A program made the translations under genes and the position numbers. The notes under the pieces are model-generated. The model searched no databases. It was given only the letters and a program-made list of their open reading frames with translations, and was not told the DNA's origin. A DNA stretch of 64,000 bases from Haplodiscus bocki. Taxonomy: Eukaryota. The first letter of the stretch is position 1. Every line of letters begins with the position of its first letter. The stretch covers positions 63,736,001-63,800,000 of the forward strand of contig OZ296657.1 in assembly GCA_965655095.1 (NCBI GenBank). Direction: 5' to 3'. Shown one piece after another: positions 1 to 8,900 of the stretch.

Positions 1-195
1 CGAGTTAACATAACAAATGCTACCGTTGAAGAGATGAGTGACCTGCGAGAGCCCAGAGCGTTGGATGGAGTTCCATCGTTTGTTATGAGCTGGAGTTTTC
101 TTTTGATTGTGGCTATTTGCTTTAGTTGTTTCAATTATATTGATTGCTGTTGCAGAATTTATGTTAATTCTCGAAACTTTACTTGTTTTTGTTAA
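1..195 (+). pseudogene. 5'-truncated open frame within the inverted monomer; possible C-terminus of a membrane glycoprotein, probably decayed
   Basis: Frame 1 reads RVNITNATVEEMSDLREPRALDGVPSFVMSWSFLLIVAICFSCFNYIDCCCRIYVNSRNFTCFC*, with N-x-T sequons, an 18-aa hydrophobic run and a CCC cluster. T-rich composition alone could produce this. Confidence 0.25.
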
Positions 196-1305
196 TTTCC
201 TTTGATGACTGTGACTAAGAGGTAAAACTTCATCAACAACTAATCTGTAAGCTACTACTCCTTTAAGCAGTGAGCCGCAACCTTTCTCAGTAAATTGCAG
301 AATTTGACTCTACCGCAAAGCATAGGTTCACAACCTCTTCAGCTTCCACTCTCTATAACCATTTTGAAACATAGAACAGTTTGGCTCTATGCCTTATCAT
401 AATACATTACGCCATCATAAATGAGACAGGAAAACCAAACCAATTATATCTGTTCAATGCGAACCCTAGAATCTCTGGTAAAACATTTCCGCATACCAAT
501 CCTTTTTCAAGTATAGTGATAAACAGACTCGTATCAGATTGCCTGTCTCAGAATGTCCTAAAACGTTAATCACCGTTGGGAGACTCGATAGCTATCCCAA
601 TACAATACCTCGTCCGACCGAACCCACACCAGACTATAACACATTGTCGAAATTTACTCTGCTTTCAAAAATCGATGGAAGTTTTCCAAAATGCAGAGAA
701 GTAGACTCAAATTTTGGCAAGTTGACAAATTAGCAACTCAAAATCTGCCGCGTCGGTAAAGTTCTATTCCAAACATTGTTGAACACTGTAAATTTCTTAA
801 TTCAAAATCTGACTTTTTGAAAAGTTTCTAATTGAAAATATCGCACAATGTATTTTTTTTCAAAGTCTGATTTCCCATGAGAATTTCTTTGGAAATCGTG
901 GTTTCTAACAAAGAACTCGAAAAGTTTGTCTTTTGTTGGGACTAAATTAAGTTAAAATTTTCGTATCTATATTCAAATTTTTCTACGGAGACTGACTTTT
1001 CAAAAGATATTTACACAAAAGCTTAGGGAAAAACTATTCTTCAGAATGTGATGCGTTGTAAATTTTCGAAATCAAATTCTGAGACGGTTCAAAACTTTTT
1101 CTCACAATTCTTATTTTTGGATGGCTTTTGAGATCCGGTACTGAGTGAATGATCCTTTCTACAGTCAAAGTTAATACCATTTTGCTGTAGAGTGTAGAAG
1201 AAAACGACTATGTCTGTTATGAATTTAGTCTCGAAATGTGCAAGCAAAAACTTCCGAACGTCAATTTGGCCACCAATCTGGGAATATTAGAATTATAACA
1301 ACAAA
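1..1305 (-). repeat. Diverged monomer of the same family in inverted orientation, truncated by the window start
   Basis: 1125-1302 (AGATCCGGTACTGAG...GTCAAAGTTAATACC...AAACGACTATGTCTGTTATG...CACCAATCTGGGAA...TATAACAACA) is the reverse complement of 3961-4135. 1-90 matches the reverse complement of ~3855-3940, and 560-640 matches that of ~3310-3390. Identity is visibly lower than within the array. Confidence 0.95.
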
Positions 1306-1892
1306 GAATTACATCAGAGAGCCTGTGGACAGAATTCTGTGGAGCAAAAAATGTAAAGACCAACATTGTTTTACCAACAACACAACTGAAAACAGAGAAA
1401 AGTAACGCACTCGGTTTGAAACTTCATTCCTTTTCCTCATTCCTTTCGTGTGAGCAACAAGGAAAAGAAAAACGATGGATAAAGTCGAGCGCTTACAGAA
1501 AATTTACCCAAGATTGAGTGCAAAAATTTAGCTACCACAGTTTTGACACCAAGCAAAATGATCGGAAGTCGCTTTTCCAGAAATTTATGACTCAAAACAT
1601 AGCTGAGGCAACCCAGAAACTCTCGACTCAATTACAGCACAATTGAAAAATACCTCAAGACGTAGGTTCACGACCTTTTCAGCTTCAAGGCACTTTTAAA
1701 GTTTTTTAACGTCTGCACGAACCGGCTCTACTTGCCATCGGCCATCGTACATCCTTGTTGAGCAGATGCGGCTCGATTTGCACAGCCTGAAACATTGACG
1801 GACTCATGCACTCAGTAATTTTTGTCAAAAATCTAACCTTATCTCAAGTTAATTAGTTGAGCACACGAATCCATACCAAGTTTTTTGACATT

Positions 1893-1987
1893 TCTGGCTT
1901 TTCAGATCCGGTGCTGACTGAATGATCCTTTCTACAGTCAAAGTTAATTTCAAAATGCTGTACAACGTAGAAGTAAACGACTATGTT
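1893..1987 (-). repeat. Short inverted monomer fragment
   Basis: GGCTTTTCAGATCCGGTGCTGACTGAATGATCCTTTCTACAGTCAAAGTTAAT...AAACGACTATGT is a direct repeat of ~1123-1213 and the reverse complement of the monomer landmark region. Confidence 0.92.
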
Positions 1988-2011
1988 TCACTGCATTTGT
2001 GGGGAGAATAC

Positions 2012-2340
2012 GCCCCAACCTCATTACATTGCTAAGCTATTCCCAAGTTTAACACATTGCTGAGGTAGACTCCGTCTTACTACATGGCTTAGCTATTCAA
2101 AAGCTGAAAACTTTGCTGAGCTAGTTCCAATCCTATTGCATTGTTGAGGTAAACCCTGTCTTCATACATCGCTGAGCTATCCCCAATCCTGATAAATTGC
2201 TGAAGTATACCTCTTTCTTGTACAATGCTGAGTTCTACCTAATCTTAGTATATTGCGGAGGTATAACCTGTCTTATTACATTGCTGAGCTGTACCCTATT
2301 TCATTACATTGTCGAACTATAGTCTATCTTCACACATTGC
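2012..2340. repeat. 28-bp minisatellite, ~12 diverged copies, consensus approx. TACATTGCTGAGSTATACCCAATCTTAT
   Basis: ACATTGC-like cores start at 2026, 2054, 2082, 2110, 2138, 2166, 2194, 2222, 2250, 2278, 2306 and 2334, an exact 28-bp spacing. Confidence 0.95.
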
Positions 2341-2347
2341 AGTCGGA

Positions 2348-2377
2348 TTTCGCGAAACATTTTCGGCAGCCAATCAG
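2348..2377 (+). promoter_or_regulatory. Palindrome TTTCGCGAAA (E2F-like) and NF-Y-type CCAAT box CAGCCAATCAG
   Basis: Direct motif matches at 2348-2357 and 2367-2377. Motif match only, with no functional evidence. Confidence 0.3.
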
Positions 2378-2507
2378 AATCGAGTATTAGATCATGCAAA
2401 GCATCACGATTCAGTCAGTTTGGGAACTCAAAACGTTTCAAAAAAGAGATTTTTAAGGAAAATCTTTGAACCGTGTCACAAATTGATTTGAAAAAAACTA
2501 CAACGCA

Positions 2508-3210
2508 TCAGATTTTGAAGAACACATTTTCCCAAAAAACTCAGATTTTGAGTAAATCTCTTTTAAAAAGTCAGTTTTCAAAGAAAAGATTATATCCAAA
2601 CATGAACGTTTTGACTCAATTTATTCCGTAAAAACGACAAATTTGCAATTTCAATGCTTTGTTAAACAGCATGAATTTCACAGAAGTTTTCTTGAATTTT
2701 CAGATTTTTTAAAAAATGAACAATTACCTTGTATCATATTTTGATTGAACTTTTTTTCAACATGTCAGATTTTGAATTTAGGATCTTACAGTGTTTCAGC
2801 GTTTGAAATAGAAATTCCTTGACAAGGCGGATTTTGAATTGCATATTTGTCAACGCGGCAGATTTTTAAAGAGAAAATTTTCCCCAAAAATCAGATTTCT
2901 AGTAAAAATTTTTTAAAAAGTCACTTTTTGAAAAAAATTTTCTTTCTAAACACAAACGTTTCGACTCGGTTTATTCCGCAAGAAACGAAAATTTTGCTAT
3001 TTCCGTGGTTTATTACAAGGCTTGACTTTCAAAACAACTTTCGGAAAATCTCATATTTTAAAAAAAATTAACATTGTGTCCTTGATTTAATTGAAAATTT
3101 TTCAAAGTGTCAGATTTTGAATTAAGAAATTTACAATGTTTAAGCTTTTGGAATAGAATTTCAACGACGCGGCAGTTTCTGAATTGGAAAAAAGTAAACG
3201 CGGCAGATGT
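2508..3210 (+). repeat. Old ~350-bp tandem duplication of the AT-rich monomer half at the array edge
   Basis: After GTCAACGCGGCAGATT (~2849-2864) the sequence jumps back and repeats the 2508-2858 order: TTTTCCC..AAAA.TCAGATTT, AAAAAGTCA.TTTT, AACGTTT.GACTC, TTTATTCCG, GTCAGATTTTGAATT, AACGCGGCAGAT. Confidence 0.85.
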
Positions 3211-5209
3211 TGATTGGGAAATTTTTCAACGTGACAGACCTCGAGTCTACTTCTGCAATTTGCCAAACTTTCATCCGTTTTTCAAATTATGATAGGTTTC
3301 GACAACGTTTTTATAGTATGCTGTGGGTTCGATTGGACGAGGTAATGTGTTCGGATGGTTTTCGTTTCTTCCAGCGGTGAATAACGTATTAGGACATTCT
3401 AAAACAGGCCAACTGATACCAGTGTGCTCACTAAAATTAGATATGGACTGGTGTGGGCAAATGTTTTACCAAAGACTATAGGGTTCGCATTGCACAGAGA
3501 TAATTTTCTCATTTCTTTGACTCGTTTTTGATAGCGTCATGTATTGTGATAAGCCATAGAGCCAAGCCGTTCAAGGTTCGGAGTTGGTTATAGAGAATGG
3601 AGGCTTAGGATTGTGTGCACTTATGTTTTACGGTAGAGTGAATTCCTGTAATTTACTGAGACAGGTTGCGGCTTCAGCTGTTTGCAGGTGGAGTACCTTA
3701 CAGAGTACAAGTTGATGAAGTTTTACTTCTTACTCGAAACCATCAAACAAATGTAACAAGTATGAGTAAGTTTCAAAAAAATACAATGCTATTGCCCGAG
3801 CAATCAATAGAAGTGAAGCAACTAAAACGAATAGCTACAATTGAAAAAACTGCTGCTCATCACAAACGATGGAACTCCATCCGTCACTCTCGCAACCAAA
3901 AGTCACTTAACTCTTCAACCGTAGCATTTGTTTCGCTCACTACTTTCTTGTAATAATGTTTGTTGTTATAGTGCTATTTTTCCCAGACTGGTGGGCAAAC
4001 TGACGTTTGACAGGTTTCGCTTGCACATCTGGCGACTAAATCCATAACAGACATAGTCGTTTATTTCTCCACTTTACAGCATTTTGGTATTAACTTTGAC
4101 CGTAGCAAAGATCACTCAGTCAGTACCGGATCTAAAAAACCTTTTAAAAGACAGACTTGTCGGAACAAATTTCGAACCGTGTCGGAATTTGATATTAAAA
4201 ATTTACAACACGTCATTTTTGAACAAGAAATTTTCCTCAAAAAGTCAGATTTTGAGTAAATCTCTCTTATAAAGTCACTTTTCGAAGAAAAATTCAAATC
4301 TAATAACGATCGTTTTGACTCAATTCACTCCGTAAAAACGACAACTTTGCAAATTCCGTGCTTTGTTACAAGGCATGATTTCCAATGAAATTTTCACGAA
4401 AAATCAGATTCAAAAAATTTACATTGTTTCACAAAATTGAATGAGAATTTTTCATCGTGTAAGACTTTGAATTAGAAATTTTCCAGTGTTTAAGCTTTTC
4501 GTACAGAATTTAATCGACGCGGCCGATTCTGAACTGCAAAAATGTCATCGCCGCAGATGTTGATTCGGAACTTTTTCAACGTGCCAGAATTTGAGTCTAC
4601 TTCTTCTGCAGTTTGCCAAACTTTCATGCGTTTTACAAATTAGGTTAGGTTTCAACAACGTTTTTATAGTATGCTGTGGGTTCGATTGGACGAGGTGTTG
4701 TGTTCGGATAGTTTCCGACTCTCCCAACGGTGTTTGGCGTGTTAGGACAATCTAAGACAGGCCTTTTGATACGAGTGTGTTCACTATAAATAGATATGGA
4801 TTGCTATGCGCAAATGTTTTACCAGAGAATACAGGGTTCGCAATGCACAGAGATAATCAGCCTCGTTTTTTGACTTGTTTATGAAAGCGTCGTGTTTTAT
4901 GATAAGCCAGAGAGCCAAACTGTTCAAGGTTTGAAGTTGGTTGTAGAGAATGGAGGCTTAGGTGGTTGTGCACTTATGTTTTAAGGTAGAGTGAATTCCT
5001 GTAATTTACTCAGACAGGTTGCGGCCTCAGCTGCTTATGGGATGAGTGTCCTACAGAGTAGAAGTTTATGAAGTTTTACTTCTTGCTGAAAATCAACAAA
5101 CAAAAGTACCAAAATTAAGTAAGTTTCAAAAGAGTACATAACGGTTGCCCCGGCAATCAATAGAAGCGAAACAACTGAAACAAATAGCTACATTGAAAAA
5201 AACTGCAGC

Positions 5210-5434
5210 TCAACACAATTGATATAACTCCTCCATCACTCTGGGCAAACGAAGGTCATTCCACTGTTCAACTGTAGCAATTGTTTCGTTCACTCGTTTG
5301 TTTTTAAAAAGTTTGATGTTAAAATGCTTTTCTTCCCAGATTGGTGGGCAAATTGACGTTTGGCAGTTTTCGCTGGTACATCGGTCGACTAAGTCATAAC
5401 AGACATAGTCGTTTATTTCTCCGCTGTACAGCAT
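5210..5434 (-). pseudogene. 74-aa Cys-rich ORF in about half of the monomers; possible coding remnant, no recognised homologue
   Basis: MLYSGEINDYVCYDLVDRCTSENCQTSICPPIWEEK... It is open in one set of monomers but frameshifted or stopped in others. It is the same frame as 1-195. Confidence 0.2.
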
Positions 5435-5494
5435 TTTGGTATTAACTTTGAACGTAGAAAAGATCTTTCAATCAGTACCGGATCTGAAAAACCC

Positions 5495-5950
5495 TTCAAA
5501 AATCAGATTTGTAAGAAAAATTTTTGAACCGTGTCAGATTTTGATTCGAAAATTTTACAACAAATCAGTTTTTGAACAAGAAATTTTTCTCAAAAAAATA
5601 GATTTTTAGTAAAAATCTGTTGAGAAGTTAGCTTTTGAAGAAAAGTTTATATCTAAAAACGATCATTTTGACTCAATTTACTCCGTAAAAACGACCCTTT
5701 TGCACTTTCCGTGCTTTGTTACAAGGCATGATTTCCAATGAAATTTTCACGAAAAATCAGATTCAAAAAATTTACATTGTTTCACAAAATTGAATGAGAA
5801 TTTTTCATCGTGTAAGACTTTGAATTAGAAATTTTCCAGTGTTTAAGCTTTTCGTACAGAATTTAATCGACGCGGCCGATTCTGAACTGCAAAAATGTCA
5901 TCGCCGCAGATGTTGATTCGGAACTTTTTCAACGTGCCAGAATTTGAGTC
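5495..5950 (+). repeat. Decayed ~31-bp internal sub-repeat (core CAGATTTTGA); example in one monomer, present in all
   Basis: AGATTT-like cores at 5505, 5536, 5567, 5600, 5630, 5759, 5815, 5846, 5877, 5908 and 5939. Confidence 0.85.
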
Positions 5951-8900
5951 TACTTCTTCTGCAGTTTGCCAAACTTTCATGCGTTTTACAAATTAGGATA
6001 GGTTTCAACAACGTTTTTATAGTATGCTGTGGGTTCGATTGGACGAGGTATTGTGTTCGGATAGTTTCCGACTCTCCCAACGGTGTTTAACGTGTTAGAA
6101 CAATCTAAAACAGGCCTTTTGATACGAGTGTGTTCACTCTAAATAGATATGGATCGCTATGCGCAAATGTTTTACCAGAGACTATAGGTTTCGCATTGCA
6201 CAGAGATAATTAGTCTCATTTCTTTGACTCGTTTTTCATAGCGTCATGTATTGTGATAAGCCATGGAGCCAAACCGTTCAAGGTTTGAAGATGGTTGTAC
6301 AGAATGGAGGCTTAGGTGGTTGTGCACTTTTGTTTCCGGTAGAGTGAAACGCAATATACTCAGACAGGTTGCGGCTTCATCTGCTCATGGGATGAGTGCC
6401 CTACAGAGTAGAAGTTTATGAAGTTTTACTTCTTGCTGAAAATCAAGAAACAAAAGTACCAAAATTAAGTAAGTTTCAAAAGAGTACATAACGGTTGCCC
6501 CGGCAATCAATAGAAGCGAAACAACTGAAACAAATAGCTACATTGAAAAAAAAATACAGCTCAACACAATTGATGGAACTCCTCCATCACTCTGGGCAAA
6601 CAAAGTTCATTCAACTTTTCAACTGTAGCATTTGTTTCGTTCACTCGTTTGTTTTTAAAAAGTTTGTTGTTATAATGCTTTTCTTCACAGATTGGTGGTT
6701 GGTGGGCAAATTGACGTTTGGCAGTTTTCGCTGGTACATCGGTCGACTACATCATAACAGACATAGTCGTTTATTTCTCCACTGTACAGCATTTTGGTAT
6801 TAACTTTGACCGTAGCAAAGATCACTCAGTCAGTACCGGATCTAAAAAACCTTTTAAAAGACAGACTTGTCGGAACAAATTTCGAACCGTGTCGGAATTT
6901 GATATTAAAAATTTACAACACGTCATTTTTGAACAAGAAATTTTCCTCAAAAAGTCAGATTTTGAGTAAATCTCTCTTATAAAGTCACTTTTCGAAGAAA
7001 AATTCAAATCTAATAACGATCGTTTTGACTCAATTCACTCCGTAAAAACGACAACTTTGCAAATTCCGTGCTTTGTTACAAGGCATGATTTCCAATGAAA
7101 TTTTCACGAAAAATCAGATTCAAAAAATTTACATTGTTTCACAAAATTGAATGAGAATTTTTCATCGTGTAAGACTTTGAATTAGAAATTTTCCAGTGTT
7201 TAAGCTTTTCGTACAGAATTTAATCGACGCGGCCGATTCTGAACTGCAAAAATGTCATCGCCGCAGATAATGATTCGGAACTTTTTCAACGTGCCAGAAT
7301 TTGAGTCTACTTCTTCTGCAGTTTGCCAAACTTTCATGCGTTTTACAAATTAGGATAGGTTTCAACAACGTTTTTATAGTATGCTGTGGGTTCGATTGGA
7401 CGAGGTATTGTGTTCGGATAGTTTCCGACTCTCCCAACGGTGTTTAACGTGTTAGGACAATCTAAAACAGGCCTTTTGATACGAGTGTGTTCACTCTAAA
7501 TAGATATGGATTGCTATGCGCAAATGTTTTACCAGAGAATACAGGGTTCGCAATGCACAGAGATAATCAGCCTCGTTTTTTGACTTGTTTATGAAAGCGT
7601 CGTGTTTTATGATAAGCCAGAGAGCCAAACTGTTCAAGGTTTGAAGTTGGTTGTAGAGAATGGAGGCTTAGGTGGTTGTGCACTTATGTTTTAAGGTAGA
7701 GTGAATTCCTGTAATTTACTCAGACAGGTTGCGGCCTCAGCTGCTTATGGGATGAGTGTCCTACAGAGTAGAAGTTTATGAAGTTTTACTTCTTGCTGAA
7801 AATCAACAAACAAAAGTACCAAAATTAAGTAAGTTTCAAAAGAGTACATAACGGTTGCCCCGGCAATCAATAGAAGCGAAACAACTGAAACAAATAGCTA
7901 CATTGAAAAAAACTGCAGCTCAACACAATTGATATAACTCCTCCATCACTCTGGGCAAACGAAGGTCATTCCACTGTTCAACTGTAGCAATTGTTTCGTT
8001 CACTCGTTTGTTTTTAAAAAGTTTGATGTTAAAATGCTTTTCTTCCCAGATTGGTGGGCAAATTGACGTTTGGCAGTTTTCGCTGGTACATCGGTCGACT
8101 AAGTCATAACAGACATAGTCGTTTATTTCTCCGCTGTACAGCATTTTGGTATTAACTTTGAACGTAGAAAAGATCTTTCAATCAGTACCGGATCTGAAAA
8201 ACCCTTCAAAAATCAGATTTGTAAGAAAAATTTTTGAACCGTGTCAGATTTTGATTCGAAAATTTTACAACAAATCAGTTTTTGAACAAGAAATTTTTCT
8301 CAAAAAAATAGATTTTTAGTAAAAATCTGTTGAGAAGTTAGCTTTTGAAGAAAAGTTTATATCTAAAAACGATCATTTTGACTCAATTTACTCCGTAAAA
8401 ACGACCCTTTTGCACTTTCCGTGCTTTGTTACAAGGCATGATTTCCAATGAAATTTTCACGAAAAATCAGATTCAAAAAATTTACATTGTTTCACAAAAT
8501 TGAATGAGAATTTTTCATCGTGTAAGACTTTGAATTAGAAATTTTCCAGTGTTTAAGCTTTTCGTACAGAATTTAATCGACGCGGCCGATTCTGAACTGC
8601 AAAAATGTCATCGCCGCAGATGTTGATTCGGAACTTTTTCAACGTGCCAGAATTTGAGTCTACTTCTTCTGCAGTTTGCCAAACTTTCATGAGTTTTACA
8701 AATTAGGATAGGTTTCAACAACGTTTTGATAGTATGCTGTGGGTTCGATTGGACGAGGTATTGTGTTCGGATAGTTTCCGACTCTCCCAACGGTGTTTAA
8801 CGTGTTAGGACAATCTAAAACAGGCCTTTTGATACGAGTGTGTTCACTCTAAATAGATATGGATCGCTATGCGCAAATGTTTTACCAGAGACTATAGGTT

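Larger units (their letters stand above)
1998..2395 (+). mobile_element. Possible fragment of an interspersed element (LTR-like or MITE-like) carrying the 28-bp minisatellite
   Basis: Starts with TGTGGGG just after monomer homology stops. Contains a TGGGG/CCCCA dyad, the tandem 28-mers and then promoter-like motifs. No second end, target-site duplication or coding region was found. Confidence 0.3.

Noticed and set aside
1504-1518. TTACCCAAGATTGAG resembling the nematode SL1 leader
   Set aside because: It lacks the GGTTTAA 5' part and the following GT donor, and it is a single short match.
2012-2340. 28-bp repeats as a CRISPR array
   Set aside because: The units are contiguous and degenerate with no unique spacers, and there are no cas genes.
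4640-4649. TTAGGTTAGG telomeric-type repeat
   Set aside because: Only two units, created by a single SNP in one monomer.
4676-4692. GGGTTCGATT as a tRNA or Pol III B-box
   Set aside because: It ends in GG rather than CC, and there is no T-stem pairing, cloverleaf or properly placed A-box.
4681-4720. CENP-B box
   Set aside because: TTCG occurs, but I found no match to TTCGNNNNANNCGGG.
4081-5433. 5S rRNA, U snRNA or histone genes inside the monomer
   Set aside because: No conserved signature of these genes was recognised on either strand. A highly diverged ncRNA cannot be excluded without a covariance-model search.
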